NCBI GenBank assembly: GCA_028023455.1
Contig: JAQFVV010000005.1
Span: 20,708,001-20,772,000, forward strand
DNA: 64,000 bases
Source of the DNA: Epiperipatus broadwayi
Lineage: Eukaryota > Animalia > Onychophora
Direction of reading: 5' to 3'
The number at the start of each line of letters is the position of its first letter. Position 1 is the stretch's first letter. Of this stretch, positions 27,955 through 42,348 are shown one piece after another. The translations under genes and the position numbers were made by a program. The notes beneath the pieces were generated by a model. The model saw nothing but the letters and a program-made list of their open reading frames with translations, searched no databases and was not told where the DNA came from.

Positions 27955-28490
27955 AAAATTATCACTGTTGGTGACTTTTAGTATTTCTGCTCTTTTTTAT
28001 TTTGCCTTTTCAATATCAAAACATCCCTTTGAGATCTCTTTTCATACAAGGAAATATGACTCACAGCAAGATCAGATTAATGTGGAGATTGAGGTAAGGG
28101 TGTCATATCATTTTGGTCAAAATTGATTAATATTCAGTACTGTGTGGGAAGGTGATGGAAGAGCCAATCATATATTGGCCACAAACCATGATACAACCTT
28201 TTCAAAACTTCCAAATATGAATCTTGGTTGACTGTTTAATGGGGGATATAAATTTTGAATATACATTTCATCTCACATCCAGGAAACAAATGGGCGTTGT
28301 TTTCATATTCAACTTTACTTATCCTGCTTTTTTTGGAATGAAGAGAAATGGATGTTTTTTCATTGGGTGAACTGCTGATTTAATTCCGGATCATAATTTC
28401 CAAAGTTCCTCCAAAGCACAGCACATAGCTAGGCAATTGTCTTTTGGTCATAAATTTTTGTTTTACTCATGACAGCTTCTTAGTGTAAAT
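27955..28490 (-). pseudogene. Decayed mariner-type transposase
   Basis: Manual translation across stops gives ...NYDPELNQQFTQ*...PKKAG*VKLNMKT..ICFLDVR...TVNQDSYLEVLKRL...WLFHH...PQSPH*SDLA..., resembling mariner YDPE..QQS.QW / PKKAR / TVN..FYLEVL.RL / PPYSPDLAP. Confidence 0.7.
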
Positions 28491-29949
28491 CAGCCAGTGA
28501 ACAACTCATTGAAAAGAAATCACTGGAAGCAAATTTGATGTTATCCCACATTGTCTGCTAATATACTGATTCAGAAAAGTTTTGCAAACACTCACGTAGT
28601 GAAAGAAGAATCCTGCCCTCCAGAAATCAATTCTGGTTTCTTTTGGGTATTCCCTCATACAAGAGATTGTTGAGAAAGAAAACTTTGTGTATAGAGTAAC
28701 ATGTGGAGCAGAAACCCGAAGAAAGCATAGCTTAGAAAAAGAATATCTAGATATAAAATACATCATCAAATATCATGATCACTGTTTCTTAATAAATCAT
28801 CATTAGAAAATGAAATAAATAAAACAGTCATAAAGCTACTAGGAATGATGATCAAGTATTCTCTTATTTATTGATCAATGACATAAGATCCTTCAGAGTT
28901 AACAAACCTCTTTCACAATCACTTGAAATGTGCAGATGTTAAACAAAAAGTATTTTTACTACTTTTTAATTGCTTGATTGCAGTTTTCATTACTATAGAA
29001 ACACTTCAGAGTCAATAAACATGTTTTCCAGTATAAAATAACAATACCTAAAATTAAAATGTTCAAGTTAATGACTTAATATATTTAAACATTTTCAAGG
29101 TTTTGAATCCAAGAGCATCAATATTAAATTAGTGATGTGTAAAAAAATTTCTGTTCGTATTATTTTGATATATCTTTTTTGACACGTTCGTGCAATTAGC
29201 TCATAATTAATACCATTAAAATATTCTGAAAATGAGACAATTGTAGTCTTATAGAGATAGATATGCAAGAGTGCTTGTATTCAAAATCCAATCATATTTA
29301 AAAATTCAGGGTATTAATTTAAATTCTTCAAGAAAGAATGAAAGCAGGCTAATAGATGGATACACTAAAATCGTAATTCTTTACTAATGATAATCAATAT
29401 CATGTCCACTGATTACCTATACATGAATGTAAACATAGGAGTTTGAACACAGACTTTAAAGCATCCTTCAACTATCCACTATCTCATACTACTGATATCC
29501 AAAGTCTGTGTTCAAATCCATTAGATTTACAATTGAGCTCCAGGTATATAAAGAATGCCTGTATTTCAAATGTTTCTATACATGAATGATGGGAGTTAAA
29601 TAATTATATATACTTACTGCTTTTTTGTGGTTGCATTTTCCTTTTTTTGGTAGACCAATTATAAGTCTGGGATCTATCTAGAGTGAGAACTAATAGGAGT
29701 GTCAATGATGTTAATAGTCTTTGTGTACTGTCATGACTTTAAAATGATTTTCTCCTCTTAAGTTAACTAATAATAGTATTACTTTCTGTTTCACTGAGAT
29801 AAATTCTAGTAGCTCGACAAATTTTGGTGAATGACTTTTATGTTGTGTGATAGATTTAGTTTTCTCAGGGAAAAATTAATCCAAATATTTTTTTACCCAA
29901 CATGAATTATTGAGTCAATTTCTCACAAAATGTAAACTTTATAAGCATG

Positions 29950-30610
29950 TTATACATAGAGCTCACAAAATAAGCTCTTAACAAGCTTTGCAGAATATCC
30001 CCAATCCCAGACCGATTTCTACTTAATAGTTATACATTAGATAAAGTGCTGGGCTTGTCCTGATATTTTTAATCTAATGCTTGAATATCCTAGCATCTCA
30101 CTGATGATGCCAGTAGCAGAAACCAGTCTGGGGTTGGGGATATTCTGCAAATTTTATTAAGAGCTTATTTTGTGAGTTCTATATATAACATTTGTAAATA
30201 CAAGCTTATTAAATTAGATCATGTGACATCTGACTTGATTTTTTTTTTGTAATTTTATTTTTTGCTATTAAGGCTTTGGCAATTTTATATTGCTGAAGCT
30301 ATTAATATATGGTGTATATGAACTAAGTTCAGTCCCATATGGCTATTTAAATTAGATAGCTGAATTGAAAGACATAGATGTCTGAAAATTTCAGAATTTC
30401 TACTTAATAATTATACATTAGATAAAGTGCTGGGCTTGTCCTGGTATTTTTAATCTAATGCTTGAATATCCTAGCACCTCACTGATGATGCCAGTAGCAC
30501 AAACCGATCTGGGGTTGGGAATATTCTGCAAAGCTTGTTAAGAGTTTATTTTGCGAGCTCTATATATAACATTTGTAAATACAAGATTATTAAATTAGGT
30601 CGTGTGAATT
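29950..30610 (+). repeat. Family C: tandem duplicated unit with hammerheads at ~30083-30144 and ~30463-30525, plus an inverted partial copy at 29958-30021
   Basis: GAATATCC..TCTCA-CTGATGA(30101-07)-TGC CAGTA GCA-GAAACCAGTC-TGGGG..GGATATTC. The second copy has CAAACCGATC and the inverted copy GAAATCGGTC, giving an inferred consensus helix III of ACCGGT. Confidence 0.8.
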
Positions 30611-31224
30611 AATAAAGTGTTATATTCTTTTTTTTGTTTTTAAAATTAATAATGCCTTTTACCTTTTAACTAGACGATTTCTGGCTGTTATTTTTTTAAA
30701 CGGGTTAAAAAACTATTTGAATCTTAAATAAATTACCATACAGTTGACATTACGAGGAACAATAGTAATAATAAAGGTCATTGTAATTTTAAAAGTACAA
30801 AAAATGAATGTAATATTTTATTTCATATAGACTGAAAAGGAAGTGAATATTAAACTGATTATAATTATTTGTTTCCAGAAAAACAATGTGATAAATGGAA
30901 CCACATTCCTACAATAAAAATATAATAGTTAATTGTTGATTGTATCACAAACAAACTGTAGTATTTTTTTTTACACTGGCATGCAAAGTACTTTAAAATA
31001 TATATATATCATATACTTCACAAAAGAATAATAATAATTTTTTGATTTTGCAAAGCAATGTAAACTATACAATTAGTTTTTTATAGAAACTCTTCTACAG
31101 ATGATTGATGGTTTTACATTGACATTTAACATCAACCTGTTGATTTTTGATATGTATTGTCTTCACTTTAACAGTGTATATGTGATGAAATTTTTTTTAC
31201 TATACTTATTATTATATAAGGGAT

Positions 31225-31975
31225 TCAAACTCAAGACTTTCACATGACCCTCAACTCTCCATGCCATCTCATATTGCTGACCCACCTGATCAAAATCACC
31301 AATATATGTATTTCATATTAAAACAGCAATCATCAGGTGATCCAGATTCCAATCAGTTCTCAGCTTTATATTAAGATAGCCAATCTTCATACTTTAATGG
31401 ACAGGCTTCAAACTACTCCAACCCACAACTCTTCAGCCATCCATTTCATTGAAAATCTGATGCTGGAATGTTCAAAGCTTACATTAGTGCCAAGGTTGTC
31501 ATCCTACCTATGTTGACGTTAATCATTCTGACCTCTCATGTTACAAGAGAATATATGTGAGGAATGGGCAGACCTTTAACACACTGTTTCAATATGTAAT
31601 TTAATACACTGTACAATGTGGGCTTTGAACATTCCATCATCAGATTTTCAATGAAATGGATGGCTGAAGAGTTGTGGGTTGGAATAGTTTGAAGCCTGTC
31701 CATTAAAGTATGAAGATTGACTATCTTAATATAAAGCTGAGTACTGATTGCATATATGTGTGAGATAGTAATGTGGACCAACTGATGATTGCTGGTTTAG
31801 CATGAAATACGAATATTGGTGATTATTTATCTTTCCATCATGTGTGTGAACAGGTGGGTCAGCAATATGAGATGGCATGGAGAGTTGAGGGATGTGTGAA
31901 AGTCTGAGTTCGAATCCCTTATATAGTACGTTATATGGGCAGGTGTGTGTAAGCCTGTACAATGTATTAAATTAC
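31225..31975. repeat. Family B inverted pair; intact-looking hammerhead at 31769-31825 (+)
   Basis: GGACCAA-CTGATGA(31782-88)-TTGCTGGTTTAGCAT-GAAA(31804-07)TACGAATA-TTGGTGATTA. A decayed minus copy lies at ~31290-31345. Confidence 0.85.
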
Positions 31976-32514
31976 ATACTTATTATTATCATTATAAATA
32001 TCTTTAGAAATTAAAAAAATATGTTTTTAATATTACTGCTATAAAATATTACAACGTTTTTTCCCATGTAAATTTATAGCATTTCTAAGAACATAAATCT
32101 ATTTATAAAAATAAAATATTTATAAATATCACATAATCATCAAAAATTCATATTATTACTGAAATAATGTAAAAAAGAAAAAAAAATCTTCTTCTTAGTA
32201 TTTGCTTCCAAAAATATTTTCTCTTGATCATTATAGTTAACATCCAGGAACAATAACTTCAATGCCAGAAAATTGAAACTTATTACCTGATGTTGAAATT
32301 ACTGCTTCACATACAGTAATCACTACGACCTGTTGATAGCAATTGCAATACCGTACATATTATTATGTGTTGAATTGTAAAAGAATTGAAAGAACCTTAA
32401 ATGTGATAATATGTTGGTCTATGTCCATCATCTATCATTAAATATTAAATGTATAGAAAATTGTAATCTTTATTTAAATTTTTCAAATACAAATAACTTG
32501 TTAGTAATAACCAT

Positions 32515-32785
32515 TAAGCATCACATGATCACAATCTCTTATACTAGCACATAATTGTTTATAAACAAGGTAAAACTCTCCATACAGTAGTGTCACCCTG
32601 TGCCAATGGTACAGTGCTCTCAGATCCAAAGTTCTCACCGACGAAGGCCACAAGCCAGAAACTAGTCTGGGCATATTGGATGAGTAGGCATTAGATAGGT
32701 ACTTTATGCACAAGCCTTCTGGCATCCATTGATTACTCTGGTTGGCACAGGGTGGCACTACTGTATGGAGAGTTTTGCCTTGTTT
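32515..32785. repeat. Family A inverted-junction repeat with a variant hammerhead core (CCGACGA)
   Basis: Reverse terminal segment 32515-32606, then forward copy CTCA-CCGACGA(32638-44)-AGGCCACAAGCCA-GAAACTAGTC-TGGG. Confidence 0.85.
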
Positions 32786-33317
32786 TGTTAGTAATAACAT
32801 AGAAATAGACAACACAGGTTATTACTAACAAGTTGTTTGTATTTGACAAGTTTAAATAAAGTTTAAAATTTTCTATACATTCAACGTTTAATGTTTAGAT
32901 GATGAAAATAGTTCAACGTTATCACATCTAATATACCATCATTAGAAACCTTCAGGCAAAAAGAATGTTAACTTTGTAAAAAAGTATTATTTAATATATA
33001 ATAGTTATTTATTTAATATTTAGTAAGATTAGGTAATAAGTAAATATCAAATGATAGTACATTTTCATCTCCATTTTCTGACTGGTTTCTGGCTTTCCCC
33101 ATTACCAATGAATCTTGGGATTCAAAGCTAGAAATAATAAAATTATGTAACTGGCAAACGCTTCTAATTCCATTTGAGCTAAAAACCTAAAATTCAAAAC
33201 TTGCTAAGATATTAAACTCAGACTAATTTGTTTGAACAGTTAGGTCAGAATCTATCTATCTACTTATCTGCCAGTCAGCCTGCCTGCCTATCTATTTATC
33301 ACTCTCCATTGATGTGC

Positions 33318-33743
<426 letters not shown>

Positions 33744-35754
33744 ATAATCTCAGTTTTTTATTACCTGTAGATATCTTTTTTTCTGGCCAGAAATGTTAAT
33801 AATAACAACAAATTCCATAATTTTTTGAGAGTATTAAAATATATAGTTATTGATCTGGAGTCATAGCTATATAACTGCTCAAGCAGGTTGACATGGGTTC
33901 AAAACCCTAAGATGTTTTGAGTTTCGTCTTTTAGCTTGAATAATAAATTGAAGTTAACAGTTAATAGCTAGATGAATAATTGCATTACCACCTGATTAGA
34001 ATCCTAGGCCTTACTAATAAAGGCAAAAACCTGAAACTGATTTGATTATAGGCAATTAAATGTACTACCATCCGATAATCACTAACTGCTCAATCTTTTT
34101 ACAGATAGCACTAGAGTGGAGAGCTTCTTGTTTTATTATATATTGTGTAAGCTACGAAATCAAATGATTTGTTATTACCATTTTCTAGCTGTGAGGCTCT
34201 GAAGACTTTATGTTCACGCAAAATCACAATGAATAAAAACATGCTGAAGAGAAACCTTGATACAAGTAAAACACTATTAATCGGAAATTACTGGTTCAAA
34301 GCTTTTTTTGACTTGTGAATTTTTGGATTTCAGAAAATAGATATTTTGATCGTTCATTTTAAGTCCAAACTATGTTAAAAATGTAAACAAATATTATTTT
34401 TAATAAAGGGTATGCAAATGATTTTATTAATTGTAAAATGTTTGAAATCACCTTTGAAATTTTATTTGGATATATATATTTTGCATCGGGTAATTTGATG
34501 CAGTGGCAGAGTGGTAAAATCTGGAACTCAAACTCTATAACTGACAGTGCTCGATTCTTATGAATACCCTTGCAATTTTGTTATTCAGTTTAATGATATA
34601 TATGCTGTAATTATAGTATTTTTTAAAAACATTTTCAACTTTGTGTCTGCCATATTTTGTCTCCGTTCACGTCAGAAAGCATTTCAGTAATTATCTCCGT
34701 AATAATCACCGTAGATCAACCTTGCCAAATCTTTAATTTTGTAAACTTTTTCATAAAAAATAGAATATTTTTAGAAATATTGTTTTCATGAGTTTAAACT
34801 TTTTTTTGAACCGTTATCCTCCAAGCTTTCATGAAAGAACGTTTAAAATCAGATTAGGTTTTCCTTTACAAAAATTTTATCACAGAACTCTTCAACTAAT
34901 CATATCGTATTTGCTTGTCATCAATCACCTGCAGGTTGTCGTTCACCTGGTGTAGTGGGTTATTACTATATTCTAATTTTAAAATTGCTCTTGATTACAG
35001 ACTTGACAGAAAAGATTGAAACACTGGCTATTATTAAAGAGTGTAAACACACAGCAGGAGAAAAAGATTGTGAAGAAGGTGTAAGGGGGGAGGGGTGATA
35101 TTTAAATGAAGGTTAAACGCAGTAAAAATTTATGAGACGAATAAACAACGCACGACTTAAAACAAATATTTTTTTTCATTTTTAAAATTGGTTTGCCATT
35201 TAAAAAATATCTTAATGAGTAAATGACATTTAAGGTTTCCAACCTTTGATTAAAATCACAGATTTTTTTCTTTTTAATATCGTGGCAAAGAAAGTAATTT
35301 CACGTTTGATTTAGCTTACCTCGAGCCAATCAATCTTAGTAATAATGACCTCAGTTTTTATTTAATATTCATTATCGCCATCAGTCCAGTATCCAAGAAC
35401 AGGCCCTCTGCTATATACCGCTCTAATCAGAAGAACATTTATATTACAGTATTAACAATTGTAAACCATGATCACATTTAATTGTCTGATGGCCTGATTT
35501 AAATGGATTGGTTGTCATACATCAAAACCCAATACAAAAACACGTTTGACATTCTTAAAAGTTTGTGCTAAATTACTGATAAACATTCCTTGCTATATAA
35601 GCGAAGAATATTTTGCCTCCTTTTCTATTAACACTTATTTATTTGGCTACAGAATTTTTTAAACACAGTCTAACTATTAAAAAAAAATCGAATGGTTTAT
35701 GCTTAGGAATTCATAAGAATTTCAACCACAGGAAATGGCCCACAATTCATGGAT

Positions 35755-35860
35755 TTTTTTTTTCATATGTCATAGTATCGTCCGGGAGGCGAACCCACAA
35801 CCGTCTGCAACCAACTACTTGCTTGCAAGGCGGCTACGATGACCTCTCGGCTAACGATGT
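35755..35860 (-). mobile_element. tRNA-derived SINE (family E)
   Basis: Minus strand: ACATCGTTAGCCGAGAGGTC...GTGGGTTCGCCTCCCGGACGATACTATGACATATG-A-tail. Confidence 0.7.
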
Positions 35861-36778
35861 TTTTGAGTCCAGAAATCTGACAATCTATCGCTGCCCTAAA
35901 CCAGTTTAATTACAAATAAAATACATACAGAAACTTGTAGAGATTTCAAACAGAAAATAGACTTTTTAATGGCATTAGGTCCTTTAATCCCACGACTGTC
36001 GCCATGGATTTGGCAGTAATTAACTATGCAATTACATTTGCCATAACTGTATTGATCAGTATGTATTAAATTATTTTTATGAAGCAGGTTGACAGCAACG
36101 ATAATGGATTACCCTAAATCTGTTGATAATTCTTAGGAAGATGATGTCCAGCTAATTTTCCTGTTGGATTTAAGAAAAAAAAAACAATTTTGGAACATAA
36201 GAAATCAATTTTTTAATATCAAAATTCTTTGGTTGTCTGAAGAGATTCCTAGGTGAATATCAGAAAAAAGAGTTTGATTTGAGATGAGTCTTGAATGGTG
36301 AAAGTGTGTGGTCATGTGTATCAGTTGTATGAGATAGGGTGGATTGCTGAAGAGAACTTGAAAGTCTGTGTTCAAATCCTTTATAATTAACAGCTTTTTA
36401 ATAAATATTCTGTGAAACAACTTCTCTTCTGACATCTGGTGAGAGATTTGTAAAAGCTCTATTTACAGAAAAAAGAAAAAAACTATTTTGCATCTCTTGC
36501 CATTTGTATTTATCCTAAACTCAAAGGACACTTTTTTTGCACATCTATATTTAAAAAAATACTCATCAATAAATGATATCTAGAGAAACTGAAACCTTTC
36601 TAATATAATAAAAAAGCATAAAATTAAAAGGATTTTCTGATAGTATTATTATAATTCATTTAAATTTTAAATATTTTTAAAATAGTTTTTTGATTAGTAG
36701 GATCAATTTTCAATTTTCAATTTAAACATATCTTCTTTTTAAACTTTTTTCTAAACAGTAATAAATCTAATTCATATA

Positions 36779-37692
36779 CACCTGGGTCTCGTTTTATGCG
36801 GTAGATAGGTTCCACAAATGGGGGATAGGCGCTGTAATTTTTGGAATTCGCATAAAAGCAAAGCAGCAAAGAAAAATTACCTTAAAATTTGCATTAAAAA
36901 AATAAGCAAATAAAGTATGACTAATAAAAAATTTCAAATATTTGAAAAAAATTAATACAAGATAAACTTTTTTTAAAATTTTTATTAACTACAGTATTTA
37001 ATTTTACATTTTTCATACATATTTTAATCATTACCGCTAGCGTTATTTGTAAACTGGTAAGAAATCAGATTCGATGTGATGTGATGTATTGCAGCTTCTC
37101 CTTAAACGAAGTCAAGAATCTCTCAGCAATTATGCCCAGAGAAACCTGTTAGCCACTTTATTTTTATTCATGATGTGATGTACAACTAGGGCCATTTTCA
37201 GTCTTGTGCTGTGTTAATGGTTTTCGGTTTCTATATTTAAAAAATGAGATGCAATCAAAAGAAAAAGATTATACATTATCATTAGAAAGATTATTTTCAG
37301 TTTATAAAATCTTCATTTTTTATTTTAAAAATCTAAAAGATTATTTATTTCTGTTATATATAAAAAAAATATGTTTTAAAAGTTTAATTTTTTTGAATAT
37401 TTATTGCGATATTTTTATATGTAAATATAAATCTATTATTATTATTATTATTATTTACTCATTGGTATAAATAGGTTAGTTACATAGAAGCTTCAGGCCA
37501 TATTCACATTAACTGCTAATATAACGTTATATTTTTGAAACAAAAAATATTTCAAGTGAAAATAAGTTATTATAATTTAAATTTCTTGATATCTAATATA
37601 TATAGTGAAATATGAAAGATATTAAGAAAAAACATGAATCGCATAACTTCAAAATCGCATTAAAATAATCCACATAAAACGAGACCCAGGTG
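36779..37692. mobile_element. Non-autonomous Tigger/pogo-like (Tc1-mariner superfamily) element
   Basis: TA|CACCTGGGTCTCGTTTTATGCGG ... CCACATAAAACGAGACCCAGGTG|TA: a 23-bp TIR with one CpG-type mismatch and a TA TSD. Confidence 0.8.
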
Positions 37693-40600
37693 TATATATA
37701 AAGATATATTACTTTATAAATTGCTAATAGCTAATTGGTTTCCAAATGTAACTCGCATGATAATATAGTCAAAGCTTAATGAACCAATAGAATGCTCACA
37801 ATCACTTAATAAAACAATTTCTATAAAGATAGCCTTAATAACAGATTGTGGATATCATGTGAATATATATGAAATATACATTATTTCTGTAAGCAATTGA
37901 TCTCTCCTCTAGCTGACCTAATGTTTGACAAATGAATGGTCAAAGCAAACAATCTGGCTAAAGTGCAAATCAATTATTTTTAGCAACAGTCGTCCAAGAG
38001 AGTAATCTTGTATGTTACATATATTATGGCGCTGTTAATTATTTAGATCACAAAAAATGAATCATAGCTATCAGCAAAGTATGCCTCAGGTAGTTTCTTT
38101 TTTCTAGACTTTATTAGGAAGAACTCTCTTTGCTACTAGATGATTAATTTACCCTTCATTTCTCTTTCTTAATGCTTCATTTTCTGTATTCTATTTCTTC
38201 TATCATATTTTTTTGTATTATCTTATCCAAGTCATATTTTCTATCTTCCAAATTCTTCTGCTATTCTTTCTTATATATCTATACCTATATAATATGGGAC
38301 CCCCACTGATATGTAGCATCTTTTCACTACACGCACTCACCACAATATGCTTCCATAATATGCATTAATCACACCATGCCTTTACTCCATTTCGACATTC
38401 ATAGTTTTAGTAACCCATGATTTGAAAAAACTATTTGCATACTCACCTATATGAGTACTGTCAAAAGTTATTTCTCAGTTGATTATGTTATCATCTTATA
38501 CACATACAATGTACATTGAGTCAGAAATATTCTCTCATTTATTACTATATTGTCTTTTTCATAGCTATTTTATTTTTGTTAATATCTTAATGTATACACT
38601 TTTTATTTTTAAATATATTATGTGCATTAAATATGTTAAGCATGTGTATTATATAAGGGTTTTATTATTCACACCTTCAGATCCTTGAAATCAAATGCAC
38701 TGGGTAAGGAAGACAATTGTTTATAAAAATATATAATGTGAATACATATATATATAAGTGTAATAAATTTTAAACAGTAAAAAAAATCATTTTGAAAAGC
38801 TATTTAAATATGACAATAAACAATTGATTTTTAAAATATAAATCTAAATGATGTCTTTTTTTAATTACAATAAATTTATTATATAAGTGGCATAAAAGGA
38901 GGAGGGGAGGAGTTTAATAGGATCAATATTTAAAAATAAGAAAAATAAATCTCAGCGATAAAATATAACTATTTAATATTTTTTAATACTCTGCTTCCAA
39001 ATATGAGTCTTTATGTATATATGTATGTTTCATTTTCTGTCTGATGGCAAAATGAAGTAACTAGGCAACATAGTACTAGGATCAATTATTATATAAAACA
39101 ATATAGGAGCTAAAATACTAAAAACAAAAAACCGAAAGTTAGTCAATTCTTTTAACATCAGCGAAATTGTTGATTTAATTTAGAAATCTATTTATTCCTA
39201 GTCTATTTTCAGAATATTACACTTTTTGCATTAAATTACAAAAAAAAAAGATGGATGGTTTGTCCATTATCAAATAACACGGATAACATTTAAAGCTGTT
39301 TAGCCCTGTGGCATAGTGCATAAGCTCCATCTCAATTTATGAGAGTCCCGGTACAAAAATACAAATGGTGTGGCCCTTTTGTTGACAAATAAAACCAATT
39401 ACGAACGTGTAGAATATGCTTCATTAATTTATTATAAAATGCTAAATTTTGAGTTTCTAAATTATTACGCATGTGATAAATAATGGCAAACTTTTCCAGT
39501 GGTGATGAAATTTTATCACTTCTTCAAAATATCCTATTGTGTAGATGCCTAACTGCCTTTCAGGTAGGAAACATAAGCTGCATATTATATAAATATTAAA
39601 TATTCTTAATTTTGTGTATTTTTTGTGTATATGCATGATATGAAAGAATAAATATATCACTTTTTTGTGTATATGCATGATATGAAAAAATAAATATATC
39701 ACTAAATGTTATGTAAATTATAATCATTTAAGAATAACATACAACACACCTCTGCATATAAAATATATATTATGCAGGTTCATCGATGTGTAATTACAGT
39801 AATATTGTATCAATATTTCACTTGGATTTCCCTAGGCATCATTTGAATAAGAAATGTTATTTTAAAAAGTGTTATAGAAGGATTATAAGCAATATGTGGG
39901 ACAAAATTTAAATATTTAGCTAAAGGGAAAAAAATATTTTAAATGAGAAGAGGGGAACTGACAGTAAGTCTTAATATAGTATTAACAGTTGATTAAATTA
40001 ATGGGCTTTAGGACATTTTCCCAAATGGAAAATAACTATATCGCCACATTTATTAATACAGTCTGATTTCTTAAGAATCTCAATGACTTCCAATTTTTCT
40101 TTGGTGATGTATGTGTGTATATATTCTACTAATTTTAACAATCGCACAAATAAATTATGGCTTATCTAATATATAACATTAATAATATAAATTTATTCAT
40201 AGAACATTTTTTATCTCATGAATAGATCGACATTTGATACAAAGATATGGGCTTATTTGTAAGTTTTTTTAAGCGATTGTTTGAAAATAGGACTTGTGAA
40301 TTATTTATTGTAATAATATCTTCAACTTAATTGTTCCCAATATATATTATAACGGAGGAAAATAAAAATAAATAACAAAGAACTATAAGTATCAAACATC
40401 TGAATCATCACATTGAAAAATGACAGTCCACTAAAAACAGAAACTGGTTTTTAATTCACTTTGAATTCCTTGTGGAAGATTGAATAATTATTGCACTACA
40501 TAGAAATATTATTTTGTTTTTATCAGTGCATCTTCATCTCAACTTCACCATAATGCAACCATTTTAACTGTAGTTCTTCCATGTATTTTCTCAACAATCT

Positions 40601-42212
40601 TTTTCCAGAAAATGTAATCAGTATTGTAAATCTTAACAATACCCTTAAAGTCTTTATATCATAAATGAAGTCTATTTCTCCATGAAAACAATGCTCAAAT
40701 TCTCCATAAAATACCATTTTAGGAACTTTAATATTTTTTATTCATTTCACATATTCAATATTATTAGTGGACCCTTTTAATTGTAGATTGGATATCATGA
40801 TATTCAAAATGCTAAAGAACATATGATTTTGTCTACATATTTTCAGAATATTAAAGTGTATTCTTAAGTGAATTTTTTTTAGGGAGTTTATACTTCAATA
40901 GTAGTCTATATCTCACTTCCATACAATAAATTTTTCAGAATAACAAATAAATTATATATTTGAAGTATTTATCATCAGATCAGTCATCAATAGCCACTTA
41001 CAAATGATGTACACCCATTTCAATTCCAAGAGAAAAAGACAAAGCAAAATAATTATAGTACATGAGATGAGTTTTGCAATGAGTATACAAAACAATCAGT
41101 GAATGTCAAATACATCCACATATAGAACACATTGGTCCTTTATTTTGTCTGTTTGATATTTTGTGATGCTTTCTTTTAACTTCTGCATAAAACATTTCTT
41201 TCTGCAATAATTCAATACTATGTCTAATTGTAGCTCTCCAATAAATTCTGTTTTCTACCACATATTCCTAAGAAAACAACCAACAATGCACTTCTTCAAA
41301 ATAATATTTGAGTTAATCATTTATAACATTAACAGGGTTTACCTTTCTTATGAAAACTATGCTGAAGTTCCCCATGAAACACCCTTTTAGGAAGTTGTAT
41401 ACTGTTCACTCATTTCACTTGTTCAATCTACTGAAGATATTATTTTATACTAATAGACTTTATAGTAACACATCCAGTAAGAAGAATAACATATTGAATG
41501 GTCATATATTATCTTGCCATTGAATTTTGAAAATTTCACACAGAATTCTTAAATGAAATGTTTCTAAGGCCTTTATGTTACATTGATAAACTGTCGAAAT
41601 CTCACCTTCTTAACACCTTAATAAAGTATCCTATCTTTTAACTTATTAAAAACAGAAACAGTATGTAGGAATTGAAGTATTGCACCTCGACATCTAATTT
41701 CATCTTTCTACTTATAAAACGGCCAAGATATTTAAAATTGATTTCATTCTCAAACTGATAACTATTCATGCTAAAATTGCTGAAGATTTTTTTTCCTCAC
41801 TGGCTGACTAAACAACTGTATTTTTCCACCATTAATTATTAACCCAAAGTCTTTACTGGTTACACTGAAAACATTAAAAATATTATTGTGATCATCTTTG
41901 AAGTGGTGAAAATAATACAATCATCTTTATATTGTAAATCTAGAAACAAACAAACAAAAAAATCTCCCCTCCCACACCCAATTGCTAAAATGATAAATCT
42001 CATGAAGAATTTATATAGAGAGAGCTCATTTTCTTCACCCATTTACTTTGATAAGACCACTTCAGTGTTCTTTTGAAGTCAGATTGAAGGAATAAAGGTA
42101 TCTTTGTATCAGAGCAAGTAATAATATTCACAAACATACCCACATAGCATACCAACAGTTACATGATCATTAAAAAAATAAATTATAAAAAGTTTATCAA
42201 GATATTTAATAT

Positions 42213-42348
42213 AATTGTTAAATCGGAAGTCAAACTCCGATAATGTGCTATTACTTTAAATATTATTATAATATCAGGCATGCAATAGACCCAAGCGATA
42301 TTTAAAGTAATAGTGCATTATCGGAGTTCGACTTCCGATCTAACAATT
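42213..42348. mobile_element. Short MITE with ~50-bp TIRs
   Basis: AATTGTTAAATCGGAAGTCAAACTCCGATAATGTGCTATTACTTTAAATAT / ATATTTAAAGTAATAGTGCATTATCGGAGTTCGACTTCCGATCTAACAATT. Confidence 0.75.

Noticed and set aside
32501-32815. Similar peptides in ORFs 32501-32815 and 57968-58225 (and 15367-15573 / 31536-31962)
   Set aside because: They are antisense reading frames of the non-coding hammerhead repeats; the similarity reflects the repeat, not a protein family.
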